Source: Kiritimatiellaceae bacterium (GTDB taxonomy: Bacteria; Verrucomicrobiota; Kiritimatiellia; Kiritimatiellales; Pontiellaceae). Taken from it: a DNA stretch of 37,218 nt. The stretch lies in NCBI GenBank assembly GCA_002691095.1, contig NZGU01000028.1:15069-52286 (forward strand), written 5' to 3'. Shown piece by piece: positions 30,270 to 37,218 of this stretch. Position 1 is the first letter of the stretch. Each line of letters begins with the position of its first letter. The notes below the pieces were generated by a model that was not told the DNA's origin, ran no database searches, and worked only from the letters and a program-made list of their open reading frames with translations. The translations under genes and the position numbers were made by a program.

Positions 30270-30923
30270 ATGAATACGGCGCAGCAAATCTATGAGGCGC
30301 TTTATCAACACTGGGGAGAGCAGCACTGGTGGCCCGCCGACAGCCCACTTGAAATGATACTCGGAGCGGTTCTCACGCAGAACACCGCCTGGACGCAGGT
30401 TGAAAAAGCGATGCAGCGTCTCAAATCCGAACAGGCTATCGACCTTAACCGACTCGTCGACACACCCGCATCTACGCTCGAAGAGTGGATTCGTCCCGCG
30501 GGTTTCTTTCGGCAAAAAGCACGTACCATTCAAACCTTCTGCCAGCACATTCAACAACACTACAACGGCTCCATCGATACACTCTTCGAACTAGAAACCT
30601 CAGCACTACGTACCGAACTACTAAGCTGGCGAGGTGTCGGCCCTGAAACCGCTGACTCCATCCTGCTCTACGCCGCACGCCGGCCCCTATTTGTCATCGA
30701 TGCCTATACAAAACGCTTCATGGTTCGACACGGCTGGGCTGATGAAAAAGCGACCTATGCCACGCTCGCCTCTTTTTTTACAGATCAGTTAGAACAAGAT
30801 CCGGCCCTCTTCAATGAATTTCATGCCCTGATCGTGCAACTCGGAAAAACGCACTGCCGCCCAACGCCCACATGCGAAGGGTGCCCCCTGCAACCGTTGC
30901 TCACCCATCCAGTTTCTGTTTGA
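30270..30923 (+). CDS. HhH-GPD family DNA glycosylase (endonuclease III-related)
   Basis: WWPA, GAVLTQNTAW, IRPAGFFRQKA, HhH GVGPETADSILLYA, FVIDAYT, C-terminal Cys cluster. Confidence 0.9.
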   Translation: MNTAQQIYEALYQHWGEQHWWPADSPLEMILGAVLTQNTAWTQVEKAMQRLKSEQAIDLNRLVDTPASTLEEWIRPAGFFRQKARTIQTFCQHIQQHYNGSIDTLFELETSALRTELLSWRGVGPETADSILLYAARRPLFVIDAYTKRFMVRHGWADEKATYATLASFFTDQLEQDPALFNEFHALIVQLGKTHCRPTPTCEGCPLQPLLTHPVSV

Positions 30924-32328
30924 GCAACTGCATCACCGCACCCGGATTAGCTTTTCCCCGGCTCGCCTTCATCACCTGCCCCATCAGAAAATTGATCGAA
31001 GCCGGATTCCCAGCTTTATACTCCTCAACCGGCTTAGGATTCTCAGCAATAGCCGTATCTGCCCACTGCTCCAACGCACAATCATCCGATACCTGAGCGA
31101 GGCCCTTGGCTTCAATAATCGATTCCGGGGTTCCCCCTTCATCAAACAATATTTCAAAAACCTGTTTGCCGGCACTATTACTAATAACGCCCTGATCAAT
31201 CAAATCGACCAATTTTGCCAGCGCCTCAGGCATCATCTTACACGCCTCAATCGTGATCTCTTTCTCTGTCAGCAGACGCTGCATCTCGCCCATCATAAAA
31301 TTGGATATCGGCTTCGCTTTCGATGAATAGGGTAGCACGGCTTCAAACCAGTCAGAGGTCGCCTTGTCAGCAGTCAATACCGCAGCATCATATGCCGGAA
31401 GTCCCAACTCTTCCACATACCGCGCCCGTCGTTGTGCTGGCAGCTCCGGCAGTTCCGAACGCCACGCCTCCATCTCTTCTTCCGTCAACGTTAGCGGCAA
31501 CAGATCCGGTTCGGGGAAATAGCGATAATCATGCGCATCCTCTTTGCTCCGTTGTACAAAAGTTTCTCCCCGCTCAGCATCGTAGCCTCGCGTCTCTTGG
31601 TCGATCGTACCGCCCTGTTCCAGCACCGAAATCTGCCGATCGACTTCATACTCGATCGCCTCCTTAATGAAGGCAAAAGAGTTCATATTCTTGATCTCCA
31701 CCTTGGCACCCAATTCAGACTGCCCGACGGGACGCACAGAAATATTCACATCCGAGCGCATCTCGCCCTTTTCCTGATCACACGCACTGATCCCGCCATA
31801 CTGCATGATCTGCTTGATAGCCGTCATATACGCCAGCGCATCCTCCGCCGAATGCATACATGGGGTTGAAACGATCTCCATCAACGCTGTTCCCGCCCGA
31901 TTATAATCCACCAGACTCGCTCCTGCCGCATGAATGTTTTTCGCAGCATTCTCCTCCTGATGGATGCGCTCAATATCAAACACCTTCGTCACGCCGTCCA
32001 CTTCCACTTCCAGTTTTCCGCCCAGACAAAGCGGGTCATCTGCCTGCGTGATTTGATAATTCTTAGCCATATCCGGATAAAAATAATTTTTTCGATCCCA
32101 GCGGCTCAAGCGATTGATGGAACAGCCCAGCAACATACCCGCTTTACAACAGAGTTCAATCGCCTTGCGGTTCAGCACCGGCATCGCCCCCGGATATCCC
32201 ACACAAACCGGACAGACATGCGTATTCGCATCGGCTCCATACACCCGCAAACAACCGCAGAACATCTTTGTCCTGGTTTGCTGCATTACATGCGTCTCGA
32301 GACCAATCGTTGCTTCATACTGTTTCAT
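30901..32328 (-). CDS. gatB: Asp-tRNA(Asn)/Glu-tRNA(Gln) amidotransferase subunit B
   Basis: IGLETH, CPVCVGYPGAMP, DRKNYFYPD, DYNRAG, VEIKNMNS, DYRYFPEPD, FLMGQVMK. Confidence 0.97.
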   Translation of the reverse strand: MKQYEATIGLETHVMQQTRTKMFCGCLRVYGADANTHVCPVCVGYPGAMPVLNRKAIELCCKAGMLLGCSINRLSRWDRKNYFYPDMAKNYQITQADDPLCLGGKLEVEVDGVTKVFDIERIHQEENAAKNIHAAGASLVDYNRAGTALMEIVSTPCMHSAEDALAYMTAIKQIMQYGGISACDQEKGEMRSDVNISVRPVGQSELGAKVEIKNMNSFAFIKEAIEYEVDRQISVLEQGGTIDQETRGYDAERGETFVQRSKEDAHDYRYFPEPDLLPLTLTEEEMEAWRSELPELPAQRRARYVEELGLPAYDAAVLTADKATSDWFEAVLPYSSKAKPISNFMMGEMQRLLTEKEITIEACKMMPEALAKLVDLIDQGVISNSAGKQVFEILFDEGGTPESIIEAKGLAQVSDDCALEQWADTAIAENPKPVEEYKAGNPASINFLMGQVMKASRGKANPGAVMQLLKQKLDG

Positions 32329-33800
32329 GAAAGAAACTCCGGCTTCCGTTTATGCCAATCTGTATGCTGTTCATACAGATGAGCAATGCTCAATATGTTC
32401 TCTTCATCCAGATGATTTCCGATCAGTTGCAACCCAATCGGCAATCCATCCGATGAAAATCCGCACGGCAGAGATAGCGCACAATTACCCGCCAGATTCA
32501 CCGATGTCGTTAAAATATCATCCAGATACATTTTCAACGGATCATCGGTCTTTTCTCCTTTTCGATAGGCCGGCGTCGGCGTAACCGGAGCAATCAAGGC
32601 ATCGCACTCCTTAAAAACAGATTCAAAATCGTTGCGGATGCACTGCTGTACCCGCTGTGCTTTTTTGTAGTACGCGTCGTAATATCCACTACTCAACACA
32701 TAAGTACCCAAAATAATTCTGCGCTTCACTTCATCACCCAATCCACTCGCACGTGTTTTAGCATACAACGCTGCCGGATCAGCACCATCGACTCGCATCC
32801 CATACCGAATGCCATCAAATCGCGCTAAATTGGCCGATGCCTCCGCCGTTGCGATGATATAATATACCGAAATCGCATACTTAGCGTGCGGCAAACTCAC
32901 ATCCACAATCTCAGCACCCAATGCCCGACACTGTTCGACGGCATTTCGAACCGCTTCCTCCACCTCTGGATCCATCCCCTCCACAAAATATTCACGCGGC
33001 AGTCCCAGCGTTACCCCTTCTAGCGACGTTGTCTGTTCCAATGCCTTCGTGTAAGAAGGAACAGGTTCCCGCAACGATGTTGCATCCCTTTCATCCTCCC
33101 CGCTAATCACCTCTAAAAGCAGTGCCGCATCCCAGACATTTTTAGTTATTGGGCCAATCTGATCGAGAGAAGAGGCAAAAGCAGTTAAGCCATATCGGGA
33201 GACGCGACCATACGTTGGCTTAAGCCCCACACATCCGCAAAAAGCCGCCGGCTGACGAATCGAACCCCCTGTATCCGAACCCAACGAAGCAATCGTATGA
33301 TCCGCACTCACCGCGGCTGCCGACCCCCCCGAAGACCCTCCCGGCACATGATCCAACCTCCAAGGGTTTGAGGTCACACCCAGTGCAGCGTTCTCCGTGC
33401 TCGACCCCATCGCAAACTCATCCATGTTGACCCGGCCAAAGAGAATAGCACCCGCTTCACGCAACTTTCTGATCACGGTTGCATCGTATGGCGCGACATA
33501 ACCCTCCAAAATGTGTGATGAACAAGTGCAGGGATCACCTTTAACATTGATGAGGTCTTTAATCGAAATAGGAATCCCCAGCAGTTTTTTGTCGTTGCCA
33601 GCCCCCCTTACCTCGTCACATACGCTTGCTTGTTCTCGAACCGAATCTTTATCCAGCGAAAGAAAAGCCCCCACTCGGCCAGCATCTTCTTCAACCACCG
33701 TTAACAACTGCTCGACAACTTCTTGCGCTGACGCTTCACCCTCTTGTAGAGCCGCTTTTAATGCGCCGATGGTCATGGATTTCAAATCACTCATGCTCAT
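32325..33800 (-). CDS. gatA: Asp-tRNA(Asn)/Glu-tRNA(Gln) amidotransferase subunit A
   Basis: Amidase signature NMDEFAMGSSTE, PGGSSGGSAAAV, GSDTGGSIRQPA, plus RIILGTYVLSSGYYDAYY. Alternative start at 33794. Confidence 0.97.
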   Translation of the reverse strand: MSMSDLKSMTIGALKAALQEGEASAQEVVEQLLTVVEEDAGRVGAFLSLDKDSVREQASVCDEVRGAGNDKKLLGIPISIKDLINVKGDPCTCSSHILEGYVAPYDATVIRKLREAGAILFGRVNMDEFAMGSSTENAALGVTSNPWRLDHVPGGSSGGSAAAVSADHTIASLGSDTGGSIRQPAAFCGCVGLKPTYGRVSRYGLTAFASSLDQIGPITKNVWDAALLLEVISGEDERDATSLREPVPSYTKALEQTTSLEGVTLGLPREYFVEGMDPEVEEAVRNAVEQCRALGAEIVDVSLPHAKYAISVYYIIATAEASANLARFDGIRYGMRVDGADPAALYAKTRASGLGDEVKRRIILGTYVLSSGYYDAYYKKAQRVQQCIRNDFESVFKECDALIAPVTPTPAYRKGEKTDDPLKMYLDDILTTSVNLAGNCALSLPCGFSSDGLPIGLQLIGNHLDEENILSIAHLYEQHTDWHKRKPEFLS

Positions 33801-33802
33801 TC

Positions 33803-34099
33803 CTACTGATCAATAATTTTTGGAACGCGCACACATCCAGACGATGCAGACGGGGCATTGGCCATAATGACCTCGTGGGACAAAGAGATCCCTTCATCAT
33901 CCGAACGCAGCTGATCATGCGAAGCTGCTGATTCATTTCTCACCTCAACCTCACCCAGATTCACTTCATTCAGCTGCTCGACATACGACAACACCTGATC
34001 TAATTGAGATTGAAAAAGCTCTTTTTCCTGATCGGTCAGTTCAATGGCAGCTAATTTTGCCACGTACCCGACATCCATTGTATGTTTTTCCGATTCCAT
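33803..34099 (-). CDS. gatC: Asp-tRNA(Asn)/Glu-tRNA(Gln) amidotransferase subunit C
   Basis: VGYVAKLAAIEL, LRSD, NAP...VRVPKI. First gene of gatCAB, with an AAGGA RBS. Confidence 0.93.
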   Translation of the reverse strand: MESEKHTMDVGYVAKLAAIELTDQEKELFQSQLDQVLSYVEQLNEVNLGEVEVRNESAASHDQLRSDDEGISLSHEVIMANAPSASSGCVRVPKIIDQ

Positions 34100-34123
34100 A
34101 GAAGATTCCTTTTAGAGGCGGAA

Positions 34124-34151
34124 AGTATAGAGAAACCATGACGCGGTTCAA
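34124..34151 (-). promoter_or_regulatory. Putative sigma70 promoter of gatCAB
   Basis: Minus strand reads TTGAAC-N16-TATACT, 24 nt upstream of the gatC ATG. Confidence 0.6.
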
Positions 34152-34169
34152 CCCGCAAGCGATGCGACT

Positions 34170-34967
34170 TTATCGGTCTGCAACCGAATGCTCATGGAAC
34201 GCATCACTCAGCACCTTCGGGTAGACTTGCTGCACAAAGCTGATGATATGCTCTTCATATTCATCACTATCCGGTTCCCGCTGACCGGAGACCGCGATAT
34301 AGGCCCATCGATTAGCCTCACTGTTCACCACCCGATCCCAAGCCAACCAGAACATCCGCGTGTAGTGAGAAGATGTTTCCCGCTTTTTACCCACGAACCA
34401 ATAAGCATAAAAACCATAATAGGGAATATCGCCTTCGGCAGTTCTGAACGTTCTAGAAGTTTTAATGACTCGAACATCCAAAGCATTGCGGCCTGCAACC
34501 GGAACTTCCAGCGTATATTCACTTTCTAAGGTGTTGCCCTGCCCCTTTAAGCAACGCTGAGGACGGTGAATACTGTCACGAGCAGTACCGGACAATACAA
34601 TCGACGTATGCAAACGCGTGCCGACAGCATTGGTAAAAGCCGATTTAACGAACTCGGTATCAGGTGGCAACTGCTCTTTCTCCGCCCGCGCACACTTGAA
34701 CAGTCCTGCCCCACAGTTAGGACAAATATCCGGAAAATCTAGATCACGAATGTAAAAGGATGCGTCCCGATAATCCTTCGCACAAGCATCCGAATTATGG
34801 CAAAACCGCAGCTCGTTACCTACCCAGATGCCAACTTTTTCCGGAAAGTCCATCACCACACCGGGAATCTTATTGAACTCAACACCCACCGCCGACGTCA
34901 ACGCATACAGCGTAATCCCCATCAAAACGGTAATGGTTACGAAGGGTCTAAATAAGCTTTTTTCCAT
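34170..34967 (-). CDS. Exosortase-associated EpsI-family protein with a Cys-rich insertion
   Basis: N-terminal TM, FPEKVGIWVG, SIHRPQRCLKGQG (H-x-P-x-x-C), YAYWFVG. Overlaps the exosortase 3' end. Confidence 0.8.
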   Translation of the reverse strand: MEKSLFRPFVTITVLMGITLYALTSAVGVEFNKIPGVVMDFPEKVGIWVGNELRFCHNSDACAKDYRDASFYIRDLDFPDICPNCGAGLFKCARAEKEQLPPDTEFVKSAFTNAVGTRLHTSIVLSGTARDSIHRPQRCLKGQGNTLESEYTLEVPVAGRNALDVRVIKTSRTFRTAEGDIPYYGFYAYWFVGKKRETSSHYTRMFWLAWDRVVNSEANRWAYIAVSGQREPDSDEYEEHIISFVQQVYPKVLSDAFHEHSVADR

Positions 34968-35911
34968 TTCTTAAAGCCCTCCACATAGTTAACTTGCAAT
35001 ATTTTACCAAATGCAATCATCAAGCTGATTGCCAACGAAAAAAGTACATAGCCCGACCAGTCATGGTGCAACCCTGTACCGAACTGCTGTCCAGCCGTAA
35101 TCGACACCAGTGCAATGGAAATAATTCGACCAATATTACCCGCCACCGCAATCGGAATGGATGCCAGAAAAAGAACCCACTTCGACACAAAATGTCGCTG
35201 CGTGTAGTAAGCATAGACGGCTGACAACGCGGTCATTGCCAACAGCGAACGAAGCCCCGAACAAGGTGCCTCCACGTTTAACCTAAAGAACGGGCTCATT
35301 AGCTGCGTACCCACCCGCTCACACTCGATTCCCATTCCATCCAGCATCGAATAAGCGACCGACGTTGCCACCATCTGCAACGGCCCCGAAAGTGCATCCA
35401 AAAAGTTCAGCGGCACACAGAAAATAAGATACGAACACGGAAAGATCAGCTGCTTTGCGGTCTTCCATCCAAAGAAATAGAGCGGAATGCCCCACAACAA
35501 CATGATCAGGCTAACCAGCGAAATACGTGTCTGCTGCATCTTCGCACCCAACCAGTGAAACGCCAACGCCATCACAATGATCGCCAAGCCCCACTGGCAC
35601 ACTTTTTTGGGAGCGGCCTTCAGTTCCGCACGGCGGTGCCACAATACTGCCAAGCTCACAAACGGAATCAAAAATCCATGCGAATAATCGGCACCAAATG
35701 ACTGCTTATCCGACCAACGAGCTACCATCCAAGTGAATGCAGACGAGCTATTAACGTTCTCTACCGTATTTCCAAAAAGATGATAGAGAACGAACAAAAA
35801 CCCGATCAGTACCGAAGACATACCAATGTTAATCAACTCCGAACGCGTTAAGGCACCCAGTCTTAACCGGTCGCTCCAAATTAACATACCCTCATGATTA
35901 GCTACCTTCAT
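34937..35911 (-). CDS. Exosortase (EpsH/Xrt family)
   Basis: DYSHGFLIP, a multi-TM body, and catalytic-triad motifs VEAPCSGLRSL (Cys), NIGRI (Arg) and HHDWSG (His). GAGGA precedes ATG 35911. Confidence 0.92.
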   Translation of the reverse strand: MKVANHEGMLIWSDRLRLGALTRSELINIGMSSVLIGFLFVLYHLFGNTVENVNSSSAFTWMVARWSDKQSFGADYSHGFLIPFVSLAVLWHRRAELKAAPKKVCQWGLAIIVMALAFHWLGAKMQQTRISLVSLIMLLWGIPLYFFGWKTAKQLIFPCSYLIFCVPLNFLDALSGPLQMVATSVAYSMLDGMGIECERVGTQLMSPFFRLNVEAPCSGLRSLLAMTALSAVYAYYTQRHFVSKWVLFLASIPIAVAGNIGRIISIALVSITAGQQFGTGLHHDWSGYVLFSLAISLMIAFGKILQVNYVEGFKKWKKAYLDPS

Positions 35912-36031
35912 AAAATCCTCACAAATGCAGCGTAAACATACCAAATTATTTTCGTTATTCAACCTTCCAATTTATCCACAATTAACTCTTGAAAAGTTAC
36001 GCCCGATCCTAATAATACACCCCTTCAGTAA

Positions 36032-36106
36032 GCGAGCGTAGCTCAGTGGTAGAGCCCCACCTTGCCAAGGTGACTGTCGTGAGTTCGAATCTCATCGCTC
36101 GCTCCA
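36032..36106 (+). tRNA. tRNA-Gly(GCC)
   Basis: Acceptor GCGAGCG/CGCTCGC, D stem GCTC/GAGC, anticodon loop TTGCCAA, T loop TTCGAAT, U73, encoded CCA. Confidence 0.96.
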
Positions 36107-36112
36107 TTTTAT

Positions 36113-36139
36113 AACCCGCTCTTGGAGCGGGTTTTTTTT
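36113..36139 (+). terminator. Rho-independent terminator after tRNA-Gly
   Basis: AACCCGCTC-TTG-GAGCGGGTT hairpin running into a T8 tract. Confidence 0.8.
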
Positions 36140-36154
36140 GCTTCATCTTACCGA

Positions 36155-36231
<77 letters not shown>

Positions 36232-36233
36232 CT

Positions 36234-36262
36234 ATAAACCCCTTTTTTAAGGGGCTTATTTT
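36234..36262 (+). terminator. Probable terminator after tRNA-Arg
   Basis: ATAAACCCCTT-TTTT-AAGGGGCTTAT hairpin followed by TTT. Confidence 0.6.
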
Positions 36263-36321
36263 AATCTCTACAATTAAATGTCCTTAACTGTCAACACGTG
36301 AGATATCCCTTCGGATACTAT

Positions 36322-36343
36322 TTAATACCACCTTAATACCACC
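36322..36343. repeat. Perfect 11-bp tandem duplication (TTAATACCACC)x2
   Basis: Read directly: copies at 36322-36332 and 36333-36343. Confidence 0.85.
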
Positions 36344-36518
36344 CCTTCTCTACAGCCAACTAATTGCCTCAAGAACAGGGGGTCATTTTGGGGGCACCCA
36401 TCGGAGCCAACCTCCTCTGCGATATAGTATTTAGACCTTCACCAAATTCCAAAAAATTTGGCTCGGTTTACTCATCTAAACAGTTGAAAAATTTGACCTC
36501 ATTGGTAAAAGAGAACCT

Positions 36519-36926
36519 ATGAAAACAATCTTATTAGTTTTGGTTATGATGTGTAGTTCAGCTTTTTCGCAGAAAGCAGAGGATTATAGAGCAGCAGCAG
36601 AAAAGGGAGACGCAATTGCTCAATTTAATTTAGGTGTCTGCTACGCTGCAGGTAAAGGAGTGCTTGAGGATGATAAGCAAGCTGTCTACTGGTACACCAA
36701 AGCGGCTGAGCAGGGAGTCGCAAAGGCTCAGTTTAATTTAGCTCTCTGCTACGCTGTAGGTGAAGGAGTGACTCAAGATAAAGTCAAAGCATATGCAATA
36801 TTTTTGCACGCTAAATTAAATGGTTCTGATGCATCAGAAGTTGATAAAGTTGTAGAACTTTTGTCCCTAACTCCAGCTCAAAAAGAAGAGGGTCAGCAAT
36901 TAGCTAAGACTTTATTCACTGATTAA
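36519..36926 (+). CDS. Secreted Sel1-like repeat protein
   Basis: Signal peptide (MKTILLVLVMMCSSAFS) and two SLR units: AAEKGDAIAQFNLGVCYAAGKGV..DDKQAVYWY and AAEQGVAKAQFNLALCYAVGEGV..DKVKAY. Confidence 0.9.
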   Translation: MKTILLVLVMMCSSAFSQKAEDYRAAAEKGDAIAQFNLGVCYAAGKGVLEDDKQAVYWYTKAAEQGVAKAQFNLALCYAVGEGVTQDKVKAYAIFLHAKLNGSDASEVDKVVELLSLTPAQKEEGQQLAKTLFTD

Positions 36927-36928
36927 TT

Positions 36929-37218
36929 ATGCAGATATTTAGTGTCATATTATTGTTGTTTCTGCTCTTGTTGTTAGCGGCAGTGATTGTGCCTTTTGAA
37001 GGGAAAAACCCTCGTAAATTTGAAGAACCCACAATAGGAATAAACAGACTAAAATTCACATTCGCCTTTGTCTTGGTTGTTTTCGCAGTTTTGGTTGTCT
37101 ATGACTTAGAGGAGTACACTGAAAATAGTGCAGGAGCTCTAACTTTTTTTTACCTAGCACCATTAATTGCATTTAGGTATCGAGCAATGGGTTACAAAGG
37201 ATGGATTTTGTACTCTTT
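36929..37218 (+). CDS. Membrane protein, possibly DUF805-like, 3'-truncated by the window edge
   Basis: ATG 2 nt after the Sel1 stop, open to the window end: MQIFSVILLLFLLLLLAAVIVPF...GINRLKFTFAFVLVVF...AFRYRAMGYKGWILYS. Confidence 0.6.
   Translation, partial: MQIFSVILLLFLLLLLAAVIVPFEGKNPRKFEEPTIGINRLKFTFAFVLVVFAVLVVYDLEEYTENSAGALTFFYLAPLIAFRYRAMGYKGWILYS

Noticed and set aside
36401-36410. TCGGAGC match to the tRNA-Arg 3' end as a second att core
   Set aside because: Only 7 bp are identical, which is too short to distinguish from chance.

Overview
A gene-dense, mostly core-chromosome window from a Gram-negative bacterium. The gene repertoire (DapL, GatCAB, exosortase plus EpsI, RpoD with a Lys-rich tail, zinc-ribbon gene before rnpB) suggests the PVC superphylum, possibly Kiritimatiellota/Verrucomicrobiota; this is inference only. 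Left to right: partial NIF3-family gene, purM, rpoD, a degenerate glycoside-hydrolase-fold/TM/TPR protein, an HMA-fold lipoprotein, pepA, ahcY with a SahR-like ArsR-methyltransferase regulator, waaA, dapL, an aldo/keto reductase, uvrC, a DUF318/ArsP-like permease, RNase P RNA, a C4 zinc-ribbon protein, pyrE, a methyltransferase plus rnc, a five-gene Opp/Dpp ABC transporter, secG, tpiA, polA, an HhH-GPD glycosylase, gatCAB, exosortase plus EpsI, tRNA-Gly(GCC) and tRNA-Arg(CCT). After the tRNAs lies an AT-rich, probably foreign segment (Sel1 protein, membrane protein) preceded by repeats resembling integrase arm sites. I found no CRISPR array, IS or integrase, and no clear-cut new multi-gene system. 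The best leads are an RNase P RNA lacking P18, an EpsI with a Cys-rich insertion, the pseudo-GH/TPR plus Cys-less HMA operon, an OppB with an inserted periplasmic domain, a candidate SahR operator, a eukaryote-type NIF3, and a localized zone of extreme C-over-G skew.
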